64,000 bases of DNA from an uncultured Lentisphaeraceae bacterium (GTDB lineage Bacteria; Verrucomicrobiota; Kiritimatiellia; RFP12; UBA1067), in the NCBI GenBank assembly GCA_964440985.1, contig CAYTWE010000005.1, positions 1,206 to 65,205 of the forward strand, written 5' to 3'. Numbering within the stretch: the stretch's first letter is position 1; each line of letters starts with the position of its first letter. The notes beneath the pieces were generated by a model. It ran no database searches. It was given only the letters and a program-made list of their open reading frames with translations, and had not been told where the DNA came from. Positions 44,459-53,675 of the stretch are shown here, piece by piece. The position numbers were made by a program, and so were the translations under genes.

Positions 44459-47400
44459 ATGAAAAGGTTTGCGCAGAGAGCGGCGTATGCGGTATGTGCC
44501 GTTTTTGCGGCGGTTTCGTGTTCTGCGGCCGTGTCGAGCATGGATTATCCGGATGCCGACGCCGTTGTCGTGGACGACATCACGCGCATTGAATACTTCC
44601 CCGACGGAACGTACGTCTCCGAAAACGACGAGCGCATTTTGGCGTTGACCGATAAGGGGCGCCGCTCGCTCCTCACGGCGTCGCTGTACGTGTCGCGCCG
44701 GTACGGTGATGCGGAGATCGTCAAGGTTGAGATAATCGGCACGAACGGCGTTGCCCGTGCCGTGGATTTCCGCAGTACGCTCAAGGAGGCGACAGACAAT
44801 TCATCGACTTCCTCCAACATATACGACCCGCTTGACCGGAAGATGTCTTGCGCCGTTACCGGCATGCAGATCGGTGAGATTCGGCGTGTCGTCACGCGTG
44901 AGCGGATGTCAAAGCCAAGGATGCGAGGGGCGTTCGCCACAGGTGCGCTGTTTGAGTCGACGATGCCGATTTTGCGTGCTTCATTAGAGATTGTGTCGCC
45001 GGCGGCGCTTCCGATCGTCAGCGAAAAGCTGCGGCATCCGCTTGAGGACACGGTGACGCGCATTCCGGACGAACGCCTTCCGGATGGGCGCGTCAGGATG
45101 AAATGGATCGCGGAGAACGTGCCGCAGGCGTTCGCCGAGCCGGACATGCCGTCCTTCGGATCGGTGTCGCAGAAGCTGCTCGTCTCCACGTCAAGGGGCT
45201 GGGAGGATGTGTCGCGCTGGTACTGGAACCTTTCTGTTCCGCATCTTGAGGCGACAAATCCCGCCATCTCGAACATGGTCGGCAAACTTGTCGGCGGGTT
45301 GTCGTCCGATATGGAGAAGATTCGCGCAATGTTCAGGTTCGTCTCCCAGGAGATACGCTACATGGGGCTTACGTTCGAGGATGAGTCGCCGGGGTACGCA
45401 CCGCACGACGTTTCCGTGACGTTCGACAGCAGATACGGTGTGTGCCGCGACAAGGCGGCTTTGCTTGCGGCCATGCTCCGCGTGGCGGGATTCGAGGCGT
45501 ATCCCGCACTCATATGCGCCGGTCCGAAGATGGACGATGACGTGCCGCTTCCATTCTTCAACCATGCGATAGTCGCCGTGGCGCATGGGCGGACGGCGTC
45601 CAAGCCCTCAGACTTCATCCTGATGGATCCGACCAACGAGAGCACAAGGGATCTGCTGCCAGCCTACCTCATGGACTGTTCGTATCTCGTGGCGCATCCA
45701 AAAGGGTTGCCACTCGCCGTCACGCCAGTCAAACCGGCCTCGGAGAACGCATTTCGTGCTGAGACCAGGGGGACGCTGTCCAATGACGGCTCTGCCATTG
45801 TCGAGACGTGCGCAACTTTCGGAGGAGTCAATGACCTGTTTCGCGGTGCGCTTCTCAAAAGGACGCAGAAGGAGCGCCGCAGGTTCTTCGAGAACATGGT
45901 GCGCTCGGAGTACCCAGGTGCGGAGCTGCTTTCATTCGAGTTGACTCCGACGGATCTGCGCGACACTGACAGCGCTCTTCGCGTTTCGATGACGGTGCGG
46001 CTTGCCGATCTTGTGGTGCGGGGTGCTACACGGGACGAGCTGACGCCACCGTTTTTGTTTTCCGGCTTTTCCGTGGCTGACCGGCTTCTGTCAAGCGGAA
46101 CGGAACTGGAAAGGCGCCGTTATCCGCTGAAGTTCTATTCAACTGCACTTGCTGAGGAACGCCTTTCGCTCAAGCTCGGCGATGCTGTCGGCATTCCGGT
46201 GAGCGTGCCGCCTGATGTCATCGCGGGCGAGAACGGTTGCCGTTACGAGAGGAGCATTGCGGTGTCGGACGGCATACTTACGGCGACACGGCTTCGCGCA
46301 GTTGACGCAACGGAACTTTCGCCGGAGGAGTATCTGAAGCTCAAGGAGGACCTTGAGACAATAGAGTTGGGAATCAGGCGGGAACCGCAGTTTGCCGCCC
46401 GCGACGGCGGAGCGGAGGCGAACGTCCGCATCGTATGTGACAGACGGGACGTTCACATATCGTCGCCGAACAGCTGGACGGTGACGAATGAGTGGGAGCG
46501 CGAGATCCTTACGTATGCGGGGAAGAAAAGCTCTGCCGAACTGAGCTACGGCTACAATCCGTGCGTCGGTACAATTGAAATTGTGTCCGCGACAGTGTCG
46601 AACCGCGATGGACGTGTGCATTCCGTCATGCCGCAGGAGATGAACAGGCTTGATGCCGGGTGGGTGGCAGGTGCGCCGCGCTATCCGGCAGGCAAGAGGC
46701 TTGTGGTGAATCTTCCCGCAGTCGAGATCGGCAGCGTGATACGTGTCAAGACGGTCGCCACGGTTACAAATTCGCCAATCGGTTTCTGCAGTTTGTATGC
46801 GTTTGACTCCGTTGATCCCATAACGGTCAAGGAACTCAGAGTGGACAGCTCTGAATGCGGCGATTCGTCCATGAAGGTCGCGTGGGGTAGGGAGTTGGGG
46901 CGCGTGGTCACGACGAATTGCATATCGTTTGCCGTCACGAATCCGGCGGCTCTTCCGCGTGAGGGCGCACAGCCGCCCGCCATGCTGTGGAGAAATTGCG
47001 TGTTGCTGTCGCTTGCCGATCTTGAACGGCATCGGGAGGCTCTGTGCGCCGAACTTGCGGCGGCGCGTTCCAGAGGTTCGGATGCAGCAAGGGCCAAGGC
47101 TGTTGAACTTGCCGCAGGACATGATTCAGCGGAAGGGCGGATAAAGGCTGTGAGGGATTGGCTGTGGAGGAATGTGCGGCTTGCCGGGCCTGATATGCTT
47201 GAGTTGCCGTTCGAGACGGCATTCTTCCCGCCGGACCGTTCGATTGCAGACGGATATGCGTCGGAGGCTGATTGGATGAACGTCTACTTCACTATGCTGG
47301 AGGCGATAGGCTGCGATGTGGAGTTTGTGCTGTCGGATGGGGATGCGGCCGGGTATCCGGCGCTGTCGCGCATACGCCGCGCCGTGCCTCAGCCGGACGA

Positions 47401-48196
47401 CTTCAGTGAACTGTTCATTCGTGCGACAGTGCGCGAAGGGGCGTTTCTTGGATTGTTCGGCGGTGAGGAAAGAACGTTCATCCTCGCCTATGAGAACGAC
47501 TGCACACCGCTCGGAGTGAGGGACGTTGACGGCCGCAGCGGCAAGACGGAGAGCCACATGTCGTTTGACGTGAACGAAACAGGGGCCGCCCGAATCACGG
47601 TGTCGAACTCCACATGGGGCGTTTCCGTCGCCGCCTTGCGCAAGCTGTATTCGGAGATGCTTCCGGAGAAGAGGTCTCGGCATCACGCCGAGCTTGTCGG
47701 CGCAATCGCTGAATCGGCAGAGGCGATATCGGAGCTTCATACGGATGTTGACGGATATCCGTTCTTCATCCGGTATTCCGTCTATGCGCCGAACTATGCC
47801 GCAAAGAACGGTGACACGCTCACGCTTGAGGTGCCTGGGCTTGGAGGTGCATTTCTGCCGAACTCCGATGGCGGACGGAAAAGTCCGTTTGGCGTCGGCG
47901 GACGGCTTCAGCCGATGGTGACGGTGCGCGAAATCGTTCTGCCGGAAGGGTACACGGCTGTAGAGCATCTGCCGGAGGCATGGGAAATTACGTTGCCTAT
48001 GGATGATGGCGCACGTTGCCGGAGTGAGGTGTTGAGCAGTGTGGTGGACGGACGACTGCGAGTGCTTGTGCGAGAGGAGCTGCTGCCTGTCAATGCGAGA
48101 ATGTTCGGATCGGAGTGGCTTGGATTCTTCCGTGACTGGAACAGACGCACGGACTCTCGGATCTCCCGCACCATCGTCGTCAGGAAAGAGAGATGA
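44459..48196 (+). CDS. Secreted fusion of two DUF3857/transglutaminase-like modules
   Basis: Module 1 has GVCRDKAALL, FNHAIV, MDPT (Cys-His-Asp); module 2 (PAVEIGSVI, IKAVRDWLWRNVR) lacks the Cys. Confidence 0.8.
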   Translation: MKRFAQRAAYAVCAVFAAVSCSAAVSSMDYPDADAVVVDDITRIEYFPDGTYVSENDERILALTDKGRRSLLTASLYVSRRYGDAEIVKVEIIGTNGVARAVDFRSTLKEATDNSSTSSNIYDPLDRKMSCAVTGMQIGEIRRVVTRERMSKPRMRGAFATGALFESTMPILRASLEIVSPAALPIVSEKLRHPLEDTVTRIPDERLPDGRVRMKWIAENVPQAFAEPDMPSFGSVSQKLLVSTSRGWEDVSRWYWNLSVPHLEATNPAISNMVGKLVGGLSSDMEKIRAMFRFVSQEIRYMGLTFEDESPGYAPHDVSVTFDSRYGVCRDKAALLAAMLRVAGFEAYPALICAGPKMDDDVPLPFFNHAIVAVAHGRTASKPSDFILMDPTNESTRDLLPAYLMDCSYLVAHPKGLPLAVTPVKPASENAFRAETRGTLSNDGSAIVETCATFGGVNDLFRGALLKRTQKERRRFFENMVRSEYPGAELLSFELTPTDLRDTDSALRVSMTVRLADLVVRGATRDELTPPFLFSGFSVADRLLSSGTELERRRYPLKFYSTALAEERLSLKLGDAVGIPVSVPPDVIAGENGCRYERSIAVSDGILTATRLRAVDATELSPEEYLKLKEDLETIELGIRREPQFAARDGGAEANVRIVCDRRDVHISSPNSWTVTNEWEREILTYAGKKSSAELSYGYNPCVGTIEIVSATVSNRDGRVHSVMPQEMNRLDAGWVAGAPRYPAGKRLVVNLPAVEIGSVIRVKTVATVTNSPIGFCSLYAFDSVDPITVKELRVDSSECGDSSMKVAWGRELGRVVTTNCISFAVTNPAALPREGAQPPAMLWRNCVLLSLADLERHREALCAELAAARSRGSDAARAKAVELAAGHDSAEGRIKAVRDWLWRNVRLAGPDMLELPFETAFFPPDRSIADGYASEADWMNVYFTMLEAIGCDVEFVLSDGDAAGYPALSRIRRAVPQPDDFSELFIRATVREGAFLGLFGGEERTFILAYENDCTPLGVRDVDGRSGKTESHMSFDVNETGAARITVSNSTWGVSVAALRKLYSEMLPEKRSRHHAELVGAIAESAEAISELHTDVDGYPFFIRYSVYAPNYAAKNGDTLTLEVPGLGGAFLPNSDGGRKSPFGVGGRLQPMVTVREIVLPEGYTAVEHLPEAWEITLPMDDGARCRSEVLSSVVDGRLRVLVREELLPVNARMFGSEWLGFFRDWNRRTDSRISRTIVVRKER

Positions 48197-48285
48197 CTTC
48201 CGCCATCGGCGCCTCTTCCTTCTGCGCATCTCTTCTGCTTGCGTTTCTGAAGATTGTTGTGGCGGTTCACCGGCATGAGGCGATT

Positions 48286-48294
48286 TGCTACAAT
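48286..48294 (+). promoter_or_regulatory. Extended -10 TGCTACAAT for the flavoprotein-trmL unit
   Basis: Read directly; about 70-nt leader follows. Confidence 0.55.
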
Positions 48295-48370
48295 AGGAGG
48301 CAAAAGGCAGAGCTGGGATCGGATCGCAGATGCCGAAAGACATTTTTGGAGTTTTGTTGAGGGCAACACA

Positions 48371-48916
48371 ATGAAAAAGATACTGATAATCTCGGCATCG
48401 CCGAGAAAATGCGGAAACAGCGACATCCTGTGCGACGAGTTTGCTCGTGGTGCGAAGGATGCAGGGAACGAGGTCGAGAAGATCCGCCTTGCGGAAATGA
48501 AGGTCGCATACTGCATGGGCTGCTATGCCTGCAGAAAACTTCACAAGTGTGTACTGAATGATGATGCGAACGAACTTGTCGCCAAAATGCTGGCTGCTGA
48601 CGTAATCGTCCTTGCCACGCCCGTCTATTTCTACTCAATGGACGCGCAGCTCAAGGCGCTCATCGACCGTTCCGTCTCGCGATGGGATGATTTTGGATTG
48701 TTCAAGGGAACCGAGTTCTGGTTCATTGTGACGGCGGCAGACACGAGCCGCGACATGATGAACGCCACGTTGGAGGGGCTGCGCGGATTCACGCGGGATT
48801 GCATGGAAGGCGCCGTCGAGCGCGGCGTGATCTACGGCACCGGTGCATACGAAAAGGGTGAAGTCCGCTCCCTGCCAGTGATGAAAGAGGCATACGAAGC
48901 AGGTTTAAGGGCGTGA
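48371..48916 (+). CDS. Iron-sulfur flavoprotein / flavodoxin-fold NADPH-dependent FMN reductase family
   Basis: ISASPRKCGNS, CMGCYAC...KC Cys motif, LATPVYFY. Confidence 0.85.
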   Translation: MKKILIISASPRKCGNSDILCDEFARGAKDAGNEVEKIRLAEMKVAYCMGCYACRKLHKCVLNDDANELVAKMLAADVIVLATPVYFYSMDAQLKALIDRSVSRWDDFGLFKGTEFWFIVTAADTSRDMMNATLEGLRGFTRDCMEGAVERGVIYGTGAYEKGEVRSLPVMKEAYEAGLRA

Positions 48917-49386
48917 AAGGGGGACGCTTTTCGATAGTCCTTCTCCGTCCGGAGATACCGCACAACACCGGTGCGATTGGCCGGCTCTGCGTTGGACTGG
49001 GAGTACCGCTCCATCTCGTCAAGCCGCTCGGCTTTGCGCTTGACGACCGCTCAATCGCCCGTGCGGGACTTGACTATTGGCCGCATCTTGATGTCGAGCT
49101 TCACGACACATGGGACGATTACCTTGCCGCCGTGTCGCCACGTCGTCTGCACTTTCTCTCTACGCATGGCAGACGGTCGCTTTATGACTGCCGTTTTGAG
49201 CAGGGAGATGCGCTTGTGTTCGGCAACGAATCGTCCGGACTGCCCGCCGGATTCTACAATCGCTATGAGGAGTCCCTATTCAGGATTCCCATGCCAGGCG
49301 AACACGCCCGGAGCATCAACTTGGCCAACGCCGTGTCAATCGCCGCATATGAATGCTACCGGCAGCTGACATATGGCGGACAGTGA
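48913..49386 (+). CDS. trmL: tRNA (cytidine/uridine-34 2'-O)-methyltransferase
   Basis: PEIPHNTGAIGR, RAGLDYW, VFGNESSGLP, RSINLANAV. Confidence 0.92.
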   Translation: MKGGRFSIVLLRPEIPHNTGAIGRLCVGLGVPLHLVKPLGFALDDRSIARAGLDYWPHLDVELHDTWDDYLAAVSPRRLHFLSTHGRRSLYDCRFEQGDALVFGNESSGLPAGFYNRYEESLFRIPMPGEHARSINLANAVSIAAYECYRQLTYGGQ

Positions 49387-49437
49387 ATGAATTGCCACTT
49401 CCCTTGCTGCGGCAAAGATGCAAATGTGCCGCCATGC

Positions 49438-49466
49438 TTGAAAAGGGAGGGGCGAAACTGTATAAT
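49438..49466 (+). promoter_or_regulatory. sigma70 promoter TTGAAA-17-TATAAT for fba
   Basis: Near-consensus with exact spacing. Confidence 0.75.
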
Positions 49467-49510
49467 ACAACACCGTTTGTTTTGAACCCAACAGGGAAAA
49501 GGAAATCAAG

Positions 49511-50509
49511 ATGGTCAGCTACAAGGAACTTGGCCTCGTCAACACGAAAGAGATGTTTGCGAAGGCTGTAAAGGGCGGATATGCAATTCCGGCCTTCAAC
49601 TTCAACACGATGGAGCAGATGCAGGCGATCGTCCAGGCCGCCGTTGAAACCAAGTCGCCCGTCATCATGCAGGTGTCCAAGGGTGCGCGCAAGTACGCCA
49701 ACCCCACGATTCTCCGCTACATGGCGCAGGGCGCGGTCGAATACGCGAAGGAACTGGGCTGCGCGAATCCGCAGATCGTCCTCCACCTCGACCATGGCGA
49801 CAGCTTCGAGACGTGCAAGAGCTGTATCGATTCGGGTTTTTCGAGCGTCATGATCGACGGCTCTTCCCTGCCGTTCGAGAAGAACATCGAAGTCACGAAG
49901 CAGGTCGTCGATTACGCGCACGCGCATGATGTCACGGTCGAGGCCGAACTCGGCGTGCTCGCGGGCGTCGAGGATGAAGTCGCCGCCGAGGAGAGCCACT
50001 ACACGAAGCCCGAGGAAGTGATTGAATTCGCCACGAAGACGGGTTGCGATTCGCTCGCCATTTCGATCGGCACGTCCCACGGCGCCTACAAGTTCAAGCC
50101 GGAACAGTGCACGCGCGACCCCAAGACGGGCAAGCTCGTTCCGCCGCCGCTCGCGTTCGACGTTCTCGCCGAAATCGAAAAGAAGCTCCCCGGCTTCCCG
50201 ATCGTTCTCCACGGTTCCTCCTCCGTCCCGCAGGACGAGGTCGACACGATCAACAAGTTCGGCGGCAAGCTGCCGGACGCGGTCGGCATTCCGGAGGAGC
50301 AGCTCCGCAAGGCCGCGAAGAGCGCCGTGTGCAAGATCAACATCGATTCCGATTCCCGTCTCGCGATGACGGCGGCCATCCGCCAGCACTTCGCGGAACA
50401 TCCGGATCACTTCGATCCGCGCCAGTACCTCACCCCGGCGCGTGAGAACATGAAGAAGATGTACATCCACAAGATCGTCAATGTGCTTGGCTCGAACGAC
50501 AAGCTCTGA
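49511..50509 (+). CDS. fba: Fructose-1,6-bisphosphate aldolase class II
   Basis: AIPAFNFN, LHLDHG, GFSSVMIDGS, VEAELGVL, GTSHGAYKF, IVLHGSS, KINIDSD. Confidence 0.96.
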   Translation: MVSYKELGLVNTKEMFAKAVKGGYAIPAFNFNTMEQMQAIVQAAVETKSPVIMQVSKGARKYANPTILRYMAQGAVEYAKELGCANPQIVLHLDHGDSFETCKSCIDSGFSSVMIDGSSLPFEKNIEVTKQVVDYAHAHDVTVEAELGVLAGVEDEVAAEESHYTKPEEVIEFATKTGCDSLAISIGTSHGAYKFKPEQCTRDPKTGKLVPPPLAFDVLAEIEKKLPGFPIVLHGSSSVPQDEVDTINKFGGKLPDAVGIPEEQLRKAAKSAVCKINIDSDSRLAMTAAIRQHFAEHPDHFDPRQYLTPARENMKKMYIHKIVNVLGSNDKL

Positions 50510-50556
50510 TAGGTCTCTGTGCGAACGCTGCGCACGATGATGCGCGGCAGGTTGAG

Positions 50557-50590
50557 AAGGGGGATGCGCTGAAGCGCATCCCCCTTTCTC
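50557..50590 (+). terminator. Rho-independent terminator after fba
   Basis: Perfect 13-bp stem AAGGGGGATGCGC-TGAA-GCGCATCCCCCTT followed by TCTC/TGTTT. Confidence 0.8.
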
Positions 50591-50775
50591 TGTTTATAGA
50601 CTGCTCGATTTGCGGTTGGGTTTTGGTTGCTCATCGCAGAGGCGTCCTTGTCACATCAAAGACGAACTTCTCGCAGTTGTGGCTTGGTCTTTCATCGTAG
50701 CGGGCCGCAGACGGCAATCCAAATGGGGATGGTGGCGAGGTGTAAAGGGTGGCGTTGGATTGTTGGACGATATTA

Positions 50776-50784
50776 TGCTAAAAT
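50776..50784 (+). promoter_or_regulatory. Extended -10 TGCTAAAAT, 7 nt upstream of ATG 50792
   Basis: Read directly. Confidence 0.65.
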
Positions 50785-50791
50785 AGCGCAC

Positions 50792-52228
50792 ATGAACAAC
50801 AACAAGGCTACGTCGTTTCGGTGGATCATCTGCGCGATGCTCTTTGCCGCCACAACCGTCAATTACCTGGATCGTCAGGTTCTTTCCCTTACGTGGAAGG
50901 ACTTTATCGCACCAGAGTTTCACTGGAACGATTCGCACTACGGCGTAATCACCGGCTATTTCTCCCTCATTTACGCCGTGTGCATGCTTTTCGCCGGACG
51001 CATAGTCGACTGGCTCGGCACGATGAAAGGCTATTTGTGGGCCATATTCATATGGTCTGCCGCCGCCTGTGCCCATGCGGCCTGCGGTTGGGCGACGATG
51101 CACATCGAGGGCGTGGAATCCATCGCGGCGATGAAGGCGATTGAGTCCGGCTCGGCTCTCGCGGTCGCCGTCGGCTCCACATCGATGTGGCTGTTCCTCG
51201 CCTGCCGCTGCTTCCTCGGTTTGGGCGAGGCCGGAAACTTCCCGGCCGCAATCCGTGTGACCTCGGAGTATTTTCCGAAGAAGGATCGTGCGTTCGCGAC
51301 GTCAATCTTCAATTCAGGCTCGTCGGTCGGCGCCTTGGCCGCACCTGCGCTCATCCCGCCTATGGCGAAGTGCTGGGGGTGGGAATCGGCGTTCGTGGTC
51401 ATCGGTGCGCTCGGCTTCATCTGGATGGGATTCTGGATGCTCTTCTACCGCAAGCCGGAGGCCAGTCCGCACGTCAACGCTGCGGAGCTTGCCTACATCA
51501 ATTCCGACAATGCGGCAGGTGCGGACGCCACAGCCAAGGATGACGGGAAGGGCGTATCCATATGGAAATGCTTCACACTCAAGCACACGTGGGCGCTTCT
51601 GCTCGGACGCTTCACGACCGACGGCGTTTGGTGGTTCTTCCTCTTCTGGACGCCAAGCTATCTTTCAGACCAGTTTGGCTACACCAGTTCGTCTGGCATG
51701 GGCATGACGCTCATCATCGTCCTCTACGCCATCGTGACGTTCCTCTCCATCTACCTCTGCAAGATTCCGACATGGTTCGTTGACAGGAAGGGCATGAATC
51801 CGTACGAAGGGCGCATGGTTGCGATGTTCATCTTCGCGTGTCTTCCGCTCCTTGCGCTCGGCGCCCAGCCGCTCGGCTCGATGAGCGCGTGGTGGCCCGC
51901 CATCCTGATCGGCATCGCCTGCGCAGGACATCAGGCCTGGAGCGCAAACGTGTACTCCGTAGTCGGCGACATGTTCCCCAAGTCCACGATAGGCACTCTC
52001 ACCGGCATCGCCGGCCTTGCGTCCGGATGCGGCAGCTTCCTCGTCAACATCGGAGCCGGCAAGCTCTTTACGTGGTCGGCGGCGCAGGGCGATGCATTCG
52101 CGTTCCTCGGCTACACCGGCAAGCCCGCCGGCTACATGGTGATGTTCTGCTACTGTGCGTTTGCGTACCTTATCGGCTGGACGTGCATGAAGGTGCTCGT
52201 TCCGAAATACAGGCCGGTTGAACTCTGA
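50792..52228 (+). CDS. MFS transporter, ExuT-like hexuronate permease
   Basis: RWIICAMLFAATTVNYLDRQ, GLGEAGNFPAAI, EYFPKKDRAFAT, FWTPSYL, HQAWSAN. Confidence 0.85.
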   Translation: MNNNKATSFRWIICAMLFAATTVNYLDRQVLSLTWKDFIAPEFHWNDSHYGVITGYFSLIYAVCMLFAGRIVDWLGTMKGYLWAIFIWSAAACAHAACGWATMHIEGVESIAAMKAIESGSALAVAVGSTSMWLFLACRCFLGLGEAGNFPAAIRVTSEYFPKKDRAFATSIFNSGSSVGALAAPALIPPMAKCWGWESAFVVIGALGFIWMGFWMLFYRKPEASPHVNAAELAYINSDNAAGADATAKDDGKGVSIWKCFTLKHTWALLLGRFTTDGVWWFFLFWTPSYLSDQFGYTSSSGMGMTLIIVLYAIVTFLSIYLCKIPTWFVDRKGMNPYEGRMVAMFIFACLPLLALGAQPLGSMSAWWPAILIGIACAGHQAWSANVYSVVGDMFPKSTIGTLTGIAGLASGCGSFLVNIGAGKLFTWSAAQGDAFAFLGYTGKPAGYMVMFCYCAFAYLIGWTCMKVLVPKYRPVEL

Positions 52229-52249
52229 CCGCTGCTGGCGTGATTTGCC

Positions 52250-53632
52250 ATGAAGGACGTGTTCGCGTACGTAATCGGTCTCGGCGCATCTGTGATGATG
52301 CCCGTGATATTCACTGTTCTTGGAGTGTGCATCGGCGTAAAGTTCTCCAAGGCGCTGAAATCCGGACTGCTTGTCGGAGTCGGCTTCGTCGGGCTTGGTG
52401 TCGTCACCGGGCTTCTGACGAATGGCGCGAACAACCTCGGCGCCGCGCTCGGACAGATGACGGAAATATACCGCCTGAACCTTTCGTTCTTCGACCTCGG
52501 TTGGCCGGCCGCCGCTGCCGTAGCGTATTCGACTGCGGTTGGCGCTTTCATCATTCCGGTATGTCTTGGCGTGAACGTGCTGATGCTCGTCACAGGGACT
52601 ACGCGTACGGTGAACATAGATCTCTGGAACTACTGGCACTTCGCGTTCCTCGGCGGCATTGTGTTCTACGCCACGGATTCGCTCGCCTGGGCGTTCTACG
52701 CGGCGGTTGTGCTGTATGTCATCACGCTCTGCATGGCGGATTTCACCGCCAAGGGATTTCAGGGCTACTACAAGGACATGGACGGCATTTCCATTCCGCA
52801 GCCGTTCTGCCAGAGCTTCACGCCGTTCGCCGTCGGCATCGGCTGGCTGCTTGACAGGATTCCCGGCTTTGACCGCCTCGACATAGATGCCGCGGGGATG
52901 AAGCGGAAGTTCGGCCTCTTCGGCGATCCGCTTTTCCTTGGCGTCGTAATCGGATGCGTCATCGGCGCACTTGCCTGCCCGACGTGGAATGCAGTCGTCG
53001 ACCGCATCCCCAAGATACTCGCCCTCGGCGTCACGCTTGGCGCCGTCATGGAGTTGATTCCGCGCATCACGTCGCTTTTCATTGAAGGGCTGAAGCCGAT
53101 TCAGGAGGCGACACGCTCGTTTGTGGAGCGCAGGTTCTCCGGTCTGAAAGGGCTTTCCATCGGAATGTCGCCGGCTGTGGTCATCGGACATCCCACTACG
53201 CTGGTCGTCTCAATCCTGCTCATACCTGTCATACTTGTGCTGGCGGCGTTCCTTCCCGGCAACAGGTTCCTGCCGCTTGCGTCGCTCGCAGGAATGTTCT
53301 ACCTGTTTCCGTGCGTACTTCCGATCACGAAGGGCAACGTACCGAAGACGTTTGTCGTAGGTCTTGTCGCGCTTGTTGCCGGGCTGTATTTCATAACGAA
53401 CCTGACACCGGCGTTCACGAAGGCTGTCGTGGCGGTGAACGATGCCGCATACAGCGTTCCGCAGGGGATGGATGGCGTCGCCGCCCTCGATTTCGCTTCC
53501 GCATTCTGGTGCTGGCTTCTGTATCATCTCACGGTCTCGCTAAAGACTGTCGGCGCAATTGCCGCCGGTGCGTTGGCGGCGGCAATGATCGCCGTGAATT
53601 TCGTGAGAATCAGAAGGCTGTCATCAAGGTGA
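52250..53632 (+). CDS. GatC-like (galactitol PTS IIC family) membrane protein, orphan
   Basis: IGLGASVMMPVI, DLGWPAAAA, TRTVNIDLWNYWH, LIPRITSLFIEGLKPI, IGMSPAVVIGHP. Confidence 0.85.
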   Translation: MKDVFAYVIGLGASVMMPVIFTVLGVCIGVKFSKALKSGLLVGVGFVGLGVVTGLLTNGANNLGAALGQMTEIYRLNLSFFDLGWPAAAAVAYSTAVGAFIIPVCLGVNVLMLVTGTTRTVNIDLWNYWHFAFLGGIVFYATDSLAWAFYAAVVLYVITLCMADFTAKGFQGYYKDMDGISIPQPFCQSFTPFAVGIGWLLDRIPGFDRLDIDAAGMKRKFGLFGDPLFLGVVIGCVIGALACPTWNAVVDRIPKILALGVTLGAVMELIPRITSLFIEGLKPIQEATRSFVERRFSGLKGLSIGMSPAVVIGHPTTLVVSILLIPVILVLAAFLPGNRFLPLASLAGMFYLFPCVLPITKGNVPKTFVVGLVALVAGLYFITNLTPAFTKAVVAVNDAAYSVPQGMDGVAALDFASAFWCWLLYHLTVSLKTVGAIAAGALAAAMIAVNFVRIRRLSSR

Positions 53633-53675
53633 CGGTCGCTGTACGGTCGATCAGAACAACAAGGAGACAAGAGAG

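Noticed and set aside
49411-49426. GGCAAAGATGCAAAT upstream of the fba promoter, reminiscent of a Bacteroidota intergenic motif
   Set aside because: Single imperfect occurrence; cannot be distinguished from chance.
50591-50775. 185-bp gap between the fba terminator and the MFS promoter as a possible sRNA
   Set aside because: Only short pairings (AAAGAC/GTCTTT) and no own promoter or terminator.
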